From an uncultured Holdemanella sp. (GTDB lineage: Bacteria; Bacillota_I; Bacilli_A; Erysipelotrichales; Erysipelotrichaceae): a stretch of 64,000 nt of DNA. Location: assembly GCF_934754935.1 (NCBI RefSeq), contig NZ_CAKVJB010000008.1, forward strand, positions 5,591-69,590, read 5' to 3'. The notes under the pieces are model-generated. The model was not told the DNA's origin. It ran no database searches and was given only the letters and a program-made list of their open reading frames with translations. The position numbers were made by a program, and so were the translations under genes. Positions 41,040 to 49,569 of this stretch are shown piece after piece. How positions within the stretch are numbered: position 1 is the first letter of the stretch; every line of letters starts with the position of its first letter.

Positions 41040-42371
41040 ATGAAATTATATAATAGTTATTCTCAAACCATTGAAGAATTAAAACCAATCGAAGAAGGAA
41101 AGATTTCTATGTATGTATGTGGACCTACCGTATATAACTATCCACATATCGGAAATGCTCGTCCTATCGTTGTATTTGATACATTAAAAAAAGCATTGTC
41201 TGCACAAGGATATGAAGTGACTTTTGCGTCTAACTATACAGATGTGGATGATAAGATCATTAAAACGGCAATCGAACAAAATGTGTCTGAAAAAGAAATT
41301 ACAGATAAATTCATTGTTGCCTATAATGATGTACGAAGAGGACTTCATGCAGATCTTCCAGATTATGCACCACGCGTAACAGAAACTATGGATCGAATTA
41401 TTGAGTTTATCGATAAGATGGTTAAAAATGGCTCTGCCTATCAAGTTGGAGGCGATGTTTACTTCCGTGTAAATAGTGATAAAAAATATGGGGAACTATC
41501 TCATCAAAGTATTGATGATTTAATGGTAGGGGCTCGTATTGATGAAAATGAAAAGAAAGAAAATCCATTAGATTTTACTTTATGGAAAGAAACAACAGAA
41601 GGAATTAAATGGGATTCACCATGGTCAAAAGGACGTCCAGGCTGGCATACAGAATGTGTTGTTATGATTCAGGATGTATTTAAGAAAACGTTGATTGATA
41701 TCCATGGTGGTGGATTGGATTTAAAATTCCCTCATCACGAAAATGAAATTGCCCAATGCGAAGTATGCAACGACACACACTTGGCAAATATCTGGGTACA
41801 TAATGGTATGATCAATATCAATGGTATCAAGATGTCTAAATCTTTAGGAAATGTATGGTGGGCTAAAGACTTGATTGCCAACCACGGAGGAAATCTAACT
41901 CGTTGGTTAATGATTTCTACACATTATCGTGCACCATTAAATTTAAACGAAGAAGCTTTCGCAACTTCAAAGAAAGAACTAGATAAGATTGCAGCTGCCT
42001 ATAAACAAGCTTGTGTAAAACTTGCTTTATTAGATGCTAAAGAAGCAACTACATTCGATGAAACATATAACGCATTTATTGATGCTTTAAATGATGATTT
42101 GAATACGCCAAACGCAATTAGTGTCGTTTATGAAGTGGTTAAGAAAATCAATCAGGCCGTTCGTCAAAGAGAAATTGATGTTGAAAATTTAGCTGTATTG
42201 GTACATACATTAGAAAAGATGCTTTATATTTTAGGTATTGAATTTGATAAAATTTCAATGAGCGAAGAAGATAAAGAGATGTATCAAAATTGGAGAAATG
42301 CTGTTAAAGAAAAGAATTTCGAAGTTGCAGATAAACTTCGTGCTGCATTAATTGAAAAAGGAATTCTGTAA
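41040..42371 (+). CDS. cysS: Cysteine--tRNA ligase
   Basis: CGPTVY..HIGN, GRPGWHTEC, FPHHENE, KMSKS. Confidence 0.97.
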   Translation: MKLYNSYSQTIEELKPIEEGKISMYVCGPTVYNYPHIGNARPIVVFDTLKKALSAQGYEVTFASNYTDVDDKIIKTAIEQNVSEKEITDKFIVAYNDVRRGLHADLPDYAPRVTETMDRIIEFIDKMVKNGSAYQVGGDVYFRVNSDKKYGELSHQSIDDLMVGARIDENEKKENPLDFTLWKETTEGIKWDSPWSKGRPGWHTECVVMIQDVFKKTLIDIHGGGLDLKFPHHENEIAQCEVCNDTHLANIWVHNGMININGIKMSKSLGNVWWAKDLIANHGGNLTRWLMISTHYRAPLNLNEEAFATSKKELDKIAAAYKQACVKLALLDAKEATTFDETYNAFIDALNDDLNTPNAISVVYEVVKKINQAVRQREIDVENLAVLVHTLEKMLYILGIEFDKISMSEEDKEMYQNWRNAVKEKNFEVADKLRAALIEKGIL

Positions 42372-42757
42372 TGGAAATTGTAACAGAAAATGCGACAAGT
42401 CTTGCATGGATTGGTGATGCCGTTATGTCTTTGGCAGTACGTGAGCACCTTTTGAGTTTAGGTTTTCGCAAGGCACATGTTCTACAAAAGAAAAATGCCG
42501 TTATTTGTAGCGCAAAAGGACAAGCCATTATGCTCAATAAAATGATGGAAGAAAATTTCTTTACGGAAGATGAAAAGACCATTTTAGCGCGTGGAAGAAA
42601 TGCCACTATTCATTCAAAAGCTAAAAATGCGACACACAAAACATATCTAGAAGCTACCGCATTAGAATCAATGCTTGGCTATTTGTATTTATATGGACAT
42701 CAAGAAAGACTAAAGGTTTGTCTTGATAAAATTATTGAAATAGGGGACAGTCTATGA
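42371..42757 (+). CDS. mrnC: Mini-ribonuclease III
   Basis: LAWIGDAV, RGRNA, ATALESMLGYLY; follows cysS. Confidence 0.9.
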   Translation: MEIVTENATSLAWIGDAVMSLAVREHLLSLGFRKAHVLQKKNAVICSAKGQAIMLNKMMEENFFTEDEKTILARGRNATIHSKAKNATHKTYLEATALESMLGYLYLYGHQERLKVCLDKIIEIGDSL

Positions 42758-43470
42758 TCGTATATGGAAAAAATGTGTATTCTACACTTCAAAATGATAT
42801 GGATTCAATTGAAAAAGTATATGTACTTCAAGGTTTGAAGGACGCAAAACTTTTGAAGTCGATCCAAAAATCAAATTTAAAAGTAGAATATTGTAATCGT
42901 GCAAAATTAGATAAGATTGCCAATACAACACATCATAATGGTGTGGCAGTTAAGGTCAGTGAAATTGAAACATATAGTATTGAGCAGATTGTATCTCGTG
43001 CTAAAAAACCAGGTCTTCTTGTTGCCTTGGATGGAATTCAAGATCCACATAATGTAGGGGCTATTTTAAGAACTTGTGATTGCGCGGGTGTAGATGGTGT
43101 TATTTTGACAAAACACAACAGTTGTGGATTAACACCAACGGTTGTAAAGGCAAGCACAGGAGCTGCTTATACAGTGCCTGTTTCTATTGTTACAAATTTA
43201 TCGCAAACACTTAGAAATTTAAAACAAGACGGATATTGGGTTGTTGGAACCGATATGAAAGAGGCTAGGGAATATCGTGAAGGTATGTATGATTCACCAA
43301 CTGTATTGGTAATTGGTTCAGAAGGCCAGGGTATTTCAAATCTTGTAAAAAAACAATGCGATTATATGGTTTACTTACCAATGGTAGGAAGCATCACTTC
43401 ATTAAATGCAAGTGTGGCAGCTGCTATCTTGATGTATGAAGTATATAATCAAAGAAATCCAAAAAAATAA
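42754..43470 (+). CDS. rlmB: 23S rRNA 2'-O-methyltransferase RlmB (TrmH family)
   Basis: QDPHNVGAILR, GSEGQG, SLNASVA. Confidence 0.92.
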   Translation: MIVYGKNVYSTLQNDMDSIEKVYVLQGLKDAKLLKSIQKSNLKVEYCNRAKLDKIANTTHHNGVAVKVSEIETYSIEQIVSRAKKPGLLVALDGIQDPHNVGAILRTCDCAGVDGVILTKHNSCGLTPTVVKASTGAAYTVPVSIVTNLSQTLRNLKQDGYWVVGTDMKEAREYREGMYDSPTVLVIGSEGQGISNLVKKQCDYMVYLPMVGSITSLNASVAAAILMYEVYNQRNPKK

Positions 43471-43503
43471 GTCAATTTTTAAAAATTGGCTTTTTTAATG
43501 TCT

Positions 43504-43529
43504 TTTTCACATTGCCTTATTATAATGAA
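43504..43529 (+). promoter_or_regulatory. TTTTCACATTG-N6-TATAAT-GAA promoter motif (copy 2)
   Basis: Same motif and spacing as at 27762-27787. Confidence 0.55.
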
Positions 43530-43543
43530 TTTAGGTGATAGTT

Positions 43544-44140
43544 ATGAACATATATGAGAGTATATATTTAATTCAAATGAATGATTTTTATGAGATGAAA
43601 CATTTAATTCAATATTTTAGACCTATGGTTACAGAAATATGGGCTGATATATTTGTACGTAAGACAAATACGATATTATGTGATAGAGACGAGTTTTACA
43701 GGCATGCAGATTTATTATTGTATCGATGTGTTTTTGAATGTCGCATGGATCGTGTTTTGACATTTACTAGTTTCTATAGGCGTTGTACAAAAAATAAAGG
43801 ATATGATCTTTTGCGTCAAGCTATCCGCAGACAATGTTATTTGAATCAGGCTTGTATAAGTTTGGATCAAAAAGTGAAAGAAGATACAAATTTGTATTAT
43901 AGTGGAATTAGTACGGATGATTCTTTAGAAGTGCATGATATCGTGATGGATAAATTGATGTGGGAGCACATTCAAACAAGAATCATGAATCTATTCGGCG
44001 AAGAATATGTTCAAATTATTGATTTACGGATGGATGGATATACCTTTAATTATATTGCGCAAGAACTAGGATTAAGTTGTGCAAAGGTCAATTTTATGTT
44101 TGAAAAGGTAAAAAAATGGTATACGACAATTGACAGTTGA
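43544..44140 (+). CDS. Divergent SigH/ComX-like alternative sigma factor
   Basis: Occupies the sigH position (rlmB-X-rpmG-secE-nusG); region-2-like 'TFTSFY...YDLLR'; region-4 HTH '[14 protein letters not shown]'. Confidence 0.7.
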   Translation: MNIYESIYLIQMNDFYEMKHLIQYFRPMVTEIWADIFVRKTNTILCDRDEFYRHADLLLYRCVFECRMDRVLTFTSFYRRCTKNKGYDLLRQAIRRQCYLNQACISLDQKVKEDTNLYYSGISTDDSLEVHDIVMDKLMWEHIQTRIMNLFGEEYVQIIDLRMDGYTFNYIAQELGLSCAKVNFMFEKVKKWYTTIDS

Positions 44141-44184
44141 ATGGTTTAAATGGTACATTTAATGAGTTAAGGAGCGTGAAGGAA

Positions 44185-44334
44185 TTGGCAGATAAAGTTG
44201 TTTTGACGTGTACAGAGTGTCTATCAAGAAATTATACGACCGAAAAGAATAAGAAGACCAACACGCAACGTCTTGAAATTAAAAAGTATTGTCCAAAGTG
44301 TGGCAAACATACTTTGCATAAGGAAACAAAGTGA
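44185..44334 (+). CDS. rpmG: 50S ribosomal protein L33 (Zn-binding form)
   Basis: LTCTEC..RNY.T.KNKK....[20 protein letters not shown]. Confidence 0.95.
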   Translation: MADKVVLTCTECLSRNYTTEKNKKTNTQRLEIKKYCPKCGKHTLHKETK

Positions 44335-44343
44335 GGAATCCAT

Positions 44344-44541
44344 ATGAGTAAAGAGAAAAAGGAAAGAACATATTCACCTTCAAAGGTGTTCAAAGAATTA
44401 AAAACTGTAAAATGGCCAACATTTAAAGAATTGATGTCTTCAAGTGCTTTAGTCGTTGTATTTACAGTATTGTTTGGTTTGTATTTCTTTGTTTGTGAGG
44501 TTTTATCAAGCGGTCTAGTTAAAATGATCGTTGGCGCATAG
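44344..44541 (+). CDS. secE: Preprotein translocase SecE
   Basis: ELKTVKWP + single TM; between rpmG and nusG. Confidence 0.9.
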   Translation: MSKEKKERTYSPSKVFKELKTVKWPTFKELMSSSALVVVFTVLFGLYFFVCEVLSSGLVKMIVGA

Positions 44542-44551
44542 GGAGGAAATT

Positions 44552-45097
44552 ATGTCAGAGTTAAAAAAAGAATGGTATGTAGTTAATACATATGTAGGTC
44601 AAGAAAATCGTGTAAAAGAAAACTTGGAACGTCGTATTAAGACTATGGGTCTTGAAGATTTCTTGTTCCAAATCGTTGTTGCGGAAGAAAAAGAAATTGA
44701 ATATAAAAATGGTAAACCAGTTGAAAAAACACATAACTTATTCTCTGGTTATTTGTTAGTGCAAATGATCATGACAGATGAAGCATGGTATATCGTACGT
44801 AATACACCAGGTGTTACGGGATTTATCGGATCAAGTGGAAAAGGTGCAAAACCATTCCCAGTAGCTCAAGAAGAAGTAGATGCCGTATTACGTCGTTTGG
44901 GTCGTCAAGATGTAAATGTTCAGGTTGATTTTGAAGTGGGAGATCGCGTAGAAATCACAAATGGTGCATTCAAAAATTCAGAAGGTACAATTGAATCTAT
45001 GGATGAAGAAAAGAAAGAAGCTACAGTATTATTGATCTTATTTGGTCGTGAAACACCAACAGAAATTCCATACATGGATTTAAAGAAAGTCGACTAA
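44552..45097 (+). CDS. nusG: Transcription termination/antitermination factor NusG
   Basis: WYVVNTY.G.E, VRNTPGVTGF, KOW domain, FGRETP. Confidence 0.96.
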   Translation: MSELKKEWYVVNTYVGQENRVKENLERRIKTMGLEDFLFQIVVAEEKEIEYKNGKPVEKTHNLFSGYLLVQMIMTDEAWYIVRNTPGVTGFIGSSGKGAKPFPVAQEEVDAVLRRLGRQDVNVQVDFEVGDRVEITNGAFKNSEGTIESMDEEKKEATVLLILFGRETPTEIPYMDLKKVD

Positions 45098-45121
45098 GAC
45101 TTTCTTTTTTTAGGTGAGTTT

Positions 45122-45892
45122 ATGAAAACTTTAGTATTTGATCTAGATGGCACAATGTATCGTGGTACGCAGATTATTGAGAGTGCCCATCAATTTTTAG
45201 ATTATTGTATCCAAAAGAAGATTCCATTTATTTTTTTGACAAACAATTCTATGCGTACACCACAAGAAAATGTGAAACATATGCAAGATATGGGATATAC
45301 AGGTATAGAACCATCCATGTTTTATAATAGCGCCATGGCAGCTTGTCAATATGTTAAAAAGCACTACAAGGGTAATAAGGCTTATTATATTGGAAAACAA
45401 GGTATGAAAGATGCATTGGATCAAGAAGGCTTTATGATTGATGATAAAAACCCGGACTTTGTCTTTATTGGATTGGATAAAGATGCCACTTATGCATCGT
45501 ATTCAAAAGCTCTGTCTTTGATTTTAAATGGAGCTAAGATCATTGGTACAAATAATGATCGTATTTTGGCAAAACCTGGTGGATTTGAAGTAGGCAATGG
45601 AAGTGTAGTCGATATGTTTGAATATGCAGCCAATCAAAAATCGCCGCGTATTGGTAAGCCCAATCGAGCTATTCTTGATTTATGTTTGGAATATTTTGGC
45701 TTAAAAGAAGATGAAATCGTATTGATTGGTGACAATTTAGAAACGGATATCAAGCTAGGGTTCGAGCAAAATATTGAAACAGTGCTTGTGCAGACGGGTG
45801 TTCATACACAAGAAGATATCGAACAACTAAAAATTTATCCAACTCACGTAGTGAATACGTTAATGGATTTAGTGGACTATAATTTTGACTAG
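45122..45892 (+). CDS. HAD-IIA hydrolase (NagD-like)
   Basis: DLDGT, LTNNS, IGKP, IGDNLETDI. Confidence 0.9.
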   Translation: MKTLVFDLDGTMYRGTQIIESAHQFLDYCIQKKIPFIFLTNNSMRTPQENVKHMQDMGYTGIEPSMFYNSAMAACQYVKKHYKGNKAYYIGKQGMKDALDQEGFMIDDKNPDFVFIGLDKDATYASYSKALSLILNGAKIIGTNNDRILAKPGGFEVGNGSVVDMFEYAANQKSPRIGKPNRAILDLCLEYFGLKEDEIVLIGDNLETDIKLGFEQNIETVLVQTGVHTQEDIEQLKIYPTHVVNTLMDLVDYNFD

Positions 45893-45947
45893 TATTTTTA
45901 TTAAATTATTGGTATAATCGAAATATCGTAGAAGGTGTGATGAAAAA

Positions 45948-46178
45948 ATGAAAGATATATTAAATGTGATTTTAATGACATTATCTGGTATTATTATTAT
46001 ATTAACATTATTACAAAGTGGTAAATCAGACGGATTATCGGCTGCTTTTACAGGAAGTGGAGATTTGAACTTGTTTGCGGTACAAAAAGAAAGAGGACCG
46101 GAAAAAGTGATTTCTCGCTTAACTTTGTTTTGTGGAATTTTGTTCTTTGCGATTGTGATCGCATTGCAGATTGTGTAA
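45948..46178 (+). CDS. secG: Preprotein translocase SecG
   Basis: LLQSGKSDGLSAAF..G; two TMs; precedes rnr. Confidence 0.9.
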   Translation: MKDILNVILMTLSGIIIILTLLQSGKSDGLSAAFTGSGDLNLFAVQKERGPEKVISRLTLFCGILFFAIVIALQIV

Positions 46179-46224
46179 TTAAAAGACCGTTAAGGTCTTT
46201 TTTCTGTTTTAAAGGAGGAAAAAA

Positions 46225-48291
46225 ATGAAAGAAAAAATCATTCAATATTTAGAAGAAAAAAAAGAATGTAAAATACGAGATTTAGAAAAAGTCGTTCGCC
46301 CTAAGTCAAGTAAAGAATTTACAGAAATGGTGAAATCTTTAAATGAGTTAGAAGATGAAAAATTGATTTATAACGATCATACAAGTTTATATTTGATTGA
46401 TGATATACATTTTATGGCTGGAAGCGCAAAAGATATTTCACGATATGAAATAGCTGTGTTTAACGAAAATAATAAGGTGTATGTTCCCAAAAATAAAAAG
46501 ATGAAGATTTTTGATAAAGATGAAGTGTTGGTTCGTTTAAAGCCAGAACCAGCTTTGATCAAAGTCTTTAATCATGGATTGACAAATATTACAGGCGTTA
46601 TGATTGTTAAAAAGAAGAAAACATTCTTCTATAGCGATTTAGACTTACATTGTGCGATTCGTGTTGTCAATGAAAAAGAGTTTAGCTTTAAAAAACGTAC
46701 AAAGGTTGTATGTCAAATTGTGAAGTATGCGGATCCTTTACAAGTAAGAATCATACAAGTTTTAGGACATCCAGATGATGCAGGCGTTGATATTAGTGCG
46801 ATGCTTACAAGTAACCAGGTTCGTCAGGTATTTAATGGAAAAGTTGTGAAGGAATGTAAAAGAATTCCTGCCAAAGTTCAAAAGGATGAACTTGAAAATC
46901 GTAAAGATCTAAGAAACTTATTAACTGTTACTATTGATGGGGATGATGCCAAGGATTTTGATGATGCGATTTCCATTGTGAAAAATGAAAAGGGATATTT
47001 ATTGTATGTACATATTGCCGATGTTTCGCATTATGTAAAAGAAAATAGTGCCCTGGATCAAGAAGCATACTTAAGAGGGAACTCAATCTATGTATGCGAT
47101 CGTGTAGTGCCTATGCTTCCATTTGATTTAAGTAATGGTATTTGTTCGTTAAATCCCAATGTAGATCGACTTACAATTACTTGTGCTATGCAAGTGGACG
47201 AAAAGGGAAATCTATTGACATACAATGTATTTCCAAGTGTGATTCATTCTGATAAGCGTTGTACATATAAAAAAGTGAATGCATGTTTAAATGGCGATGA
47301 AGTTATATTAGAAGAGTATTCAGAAGTAAAAGAATTGTTGTTTACTCTAGAATCTTTAGCTAAATTATTAAAGAAACAATCGCATAATCGCGGGTGTATT
47401 GATTTCAATACAAAAGAAGCGAAGATCCTTATGGATAAAAATGGATATCCAATTGATGTTAGAGTATTAGAACGTGGTTTTGCCGAACAAATGATTGAAG
47501 AATGTATGATCTTAGCCAATGTTTGTGTGGCTCACCATATGCATGTCAATAAGATTCCAAGTATGTATCGTGTGCATGAAAATCCAGATCCTAAAAAGGT
47601 GGCAACAATTTGTACGGTTGCGAATTCTTTACGTATTCCTTTTGATTTCTATCCAGATGAAGTCAGTGCGAGTCAAATTCAAAAATTTTTAGAATCGATT
47701 CAAGATGAAAATGCATATGAAGTCTTGTCTATAGTTTCTTTGCGTTCAATGCAGAAGGCTCGCTATGATGCACATTGTCTTGGACACTTTGGACTTGCTT
47801 TAGAAGAATATTGTCATTTCACAAGTCCAATCCGTCGTTATTCAGATTTAGTCGTACACCGCATGTTGCATGCATATTGTTTTAATGAACAAAAGCGTAC
47901 GCCATCAAATGATGAAAAGAAAATTGAGAAACAGGCTTTCCATATTTCTGAAAAAGAAAGAGATGCGATTATGATGGAAAGAATGGTCAATGACTATAAA
48001 AAGGCGCAATATATGGAAAAGCGTATTGGTCAAGTTTTTGAAGGTACAATTGTTGGTGTAATGAGTTTTGGATTCTTTGTGGAAATGGATAATACAGTTG
48101 AAGGTCTTGTTCCTGTTCATACTCTTTCAAACGACTTCTACGATTATGATGAAGATACAATGACTTTAAAGGGACAAACACATGGTAAAGTATTCCAGAT
48201 GGGTATGCGTGTACGTGTAGTTTGTACGGATGTTCAAAGAGAAAAAGGACAAGTGACATTTAGCTTGTTAGAAAGAAAAAATTATGATTAA
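46225..48291 (+). CDS. rnr: Ribonuclease R
   Basis: TIDGDDAKDFDDA, HFTSPIRRYSD, C-terminal S1. Confidence 0.93.
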   Translation: MKEKIIQYLEEKKECKIRDLEKVVRPKSSKEFTEMVKSLNELEDEKLIYNDHTSLYLIDDIHFMAGSAKDISRYEIAVFNENNKVYVPKNKKMKIFDKDEVLVRLKPEPALIKVFNHGLTNITGVMIVKKKKTFFYSDLDLHCAIRVVNEKEFSFKKRTKVVCQIVKYADPLQVRIIQVLGHPDDAGVDISAMLTSNQVRQVFNGKVVKECKRIPAKVQKDELENRKDLRNLLTVTIDGDDAKDFDDAISIVKNEKGYLLYVHIADVSHYVKENSALDQEAYLRGNSIYVCDRVVPMLPFDLSNGICSLNPNVDRLTITCAMQVDEKGNLLTYNVFPSVIHSDKRCTYKKVNACLNGDEVILEEYSEVKELLFTLESLAKLLKKQSHNRGCIDFNTKEAKILMDKNGYPIDVRVLERGFAEQMIEECMILANVCVAHHMHVNKIPSMYRVHENPDPKKVATICTVANSLRIPFDFYPDEVSASQIQKFLESIQDENAYEVLSIVSLRSMQKARYDAHCLGHFGLALEEYCHFTSPIRRYSDLVVHRMLHAYCFNEQKRTPSNDEKKIEKQAFHISEKERDAIMMERMVNDYKKAQYMEKRIGQVFEGTIVGVMSFGFFVEMDNTVEGLVPVHTLSNDFYDYDEDTMTLKGQTHGKVFQMGMRVRVVCTDVQREKGQVTFSLLERKNYD

Positions 48292-48664
48292 AGGAATTCA
48301 TCATGTCGCATTTAAATGTGAGACACAAGAACAATATGATGAAATGATATATTTCTATCATGAATTACTAGAACTTCCAATTTTAAGAAAGTGGGATACA
48401 GGTATTCATTTGGATTGTTTCAATAGTTGTATAGAAATCTTCTTGGATGGCACAAAAACTGTTGGTGAAGGTTGTATTCGTCATTTTGCGTTTGCGACAG
48501 ATCATGTGGATGAACTTGTTGAAAAAGTACGTAATTCAGGTTATAAAGTGAGCGTGGAACCAAAAGATGTGGATATGCAAACAGATCCTGTTTTTCCAAT
48601 TCGTGTGGCTTTTGTAGAAGGTCCGTTACATGAATCAATTGAATTGTTTTGTGAAAAGGCATAA
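48284..48664 (+). CDS. VOC/glyoxalase family protein
   Basis: IHHVAF, IRHFAF, GP..E.IEL. Confidence 0.88.
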   Translation: MIKGIHHVAFKCETQEQYDEMIYFYHELLELPILRKWDTGIHLDCFNSCIEIFLDGTKTVGEGCIRHFAFATDHVDELVEKVRNSGYKVSVEPKDVDMQTDPVFPIRVAFVEGPLHESIELFCEKA

Positions 48665-48697
48665 TTGGTAGGTTTTCTGTCCAAGTTGGTACTTGAT

Positions 48698-48725
48698 TTG
48701 CACATAATTATTTCTTTGTTAGAAT
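48698..48725 (+). promoter_or_regulatory. Promoter of uORF-ankyrin-EF-G2 unit
   Basis: TTGCAC-16-TAGAAT with extended TG. Confidence 0.6.
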
Positions 48726-48754
48726 GGAATCAGTTAAACAAAGGAGTGATTGAG

Positions 48755-48817
48755 ATGAATCAAGTTCAAGGCGTAAAAGTAAATAAAATTTCAATTATTT
48801 TCTTTGTACATATGTAA
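48755..48817 (+). CDS. Putative 20-aa leader peptide MNQVQGVKVNKISIIFFVHM
   Basis: Strong AAAGGAG RBS 8 nt before ATG; TAA overlaps terminator stem. Confidence 0.6.
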   Translation: MNQVQGVKVNKISIIFFVHM

Positions 48818-48845
48818 ACTGGGGTGAACTATCATTCCAGTTTTT
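48817..48845 (+). terminator. Leader (attenuator-like) terminator
   Basis: AACTGGGGTGA-acta-TCATTCCAGTT + TTT. Confidence 0.7.
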
Positions 48846-48869
48846 CTGTGATTTCATGAACAATAAAGG

Positions 48870-49559
48870 ATGAGGAGGATGATTGAAATGGATCAGAATT
48901 TTAATAAGGTATTTTGGGATGCATGCGCAAATGGTGATTTCCCAATGGTTTGTTCTCAAATCAAAGCGGGGGCAGATGTAAATTATCAAAACGGTGATGG
49001 ACGTACAGCTTTGATGCGTGCAAGTAAACGTGATCGTAAAGATGTAGTGCAGGTTTTACTTGATAATGGGGCAGATGTGAATATTACAGATAATAAAGGG
49101 AAAACAGCTTTGATGACAGCTGCAAAAAAAGGCAATAAAACAATCTTAAAAGCTTTGATTGATGCAGGTGCCGATGTGAATGCCAAAGATGATAGAGGAC
49201 GTACTGCATTGATGCGTGCTTGTTTATTAGGACAAGATCGTTGTGTTGAAGTATTGTTAGATGCTGGAGCTAGAATCAATGATCAAGATGAAGTGGGTCG
49301 TAGTGCTTTAATGGAAGCTTGTATCGCATTTAAACGTGACACAATTCACTTATTGCTTGAAAGAAATGCCGATGTGAATTTATTTGATAATAATGGTGTA
49401 ACTGCATTGATGCGTGCTGCTTATGGTGGATATCCAAGTTTAGTTGAAAAATTATTGGCTTATGGAGCTGATAAAGATATGACAGATAAACAAGGTCGTG
49501 TTGCATTAGATTATGTTCGTGAACATTGTAGAGCTCAATTAGAGCCGATCTTAAGATGA
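48870..49559 (+). CDS. Ankyrin repeat protein (about 6 repeats)
   Basis: Repeated G.TALM.A......V..LL..GADVN; true start probably ATG 48879 or 48888. Confidence 0.93.
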   Translation: MRRMIEMDQNFNKVFWDACANGDFPMVCSQIKAGADVNYQNGDGRTALMRASKRDRKDVVQVLLDNGADVNITDNKGKTALMTAAKKGNKTILKALIDAGADVNAKDDRGRTALMRACLLGQDRCVEVLLDAGARINDQDEVGRSALMEACIAFKRDTIHLLLERNADVNLFDNNGVTALMRAAYGGYPSLVEKLLAYGADKDMTDKQGRVALDYVREHCRAQLEPILR

Positions 49560-49569
49560 GGTTAAGCGT

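Noticed and set aside
48960..49500. ~99-bp DNA repeats (GCTTTGATGCGTGC-like)
   Set aside because: Explained by ankyrin repeat coding
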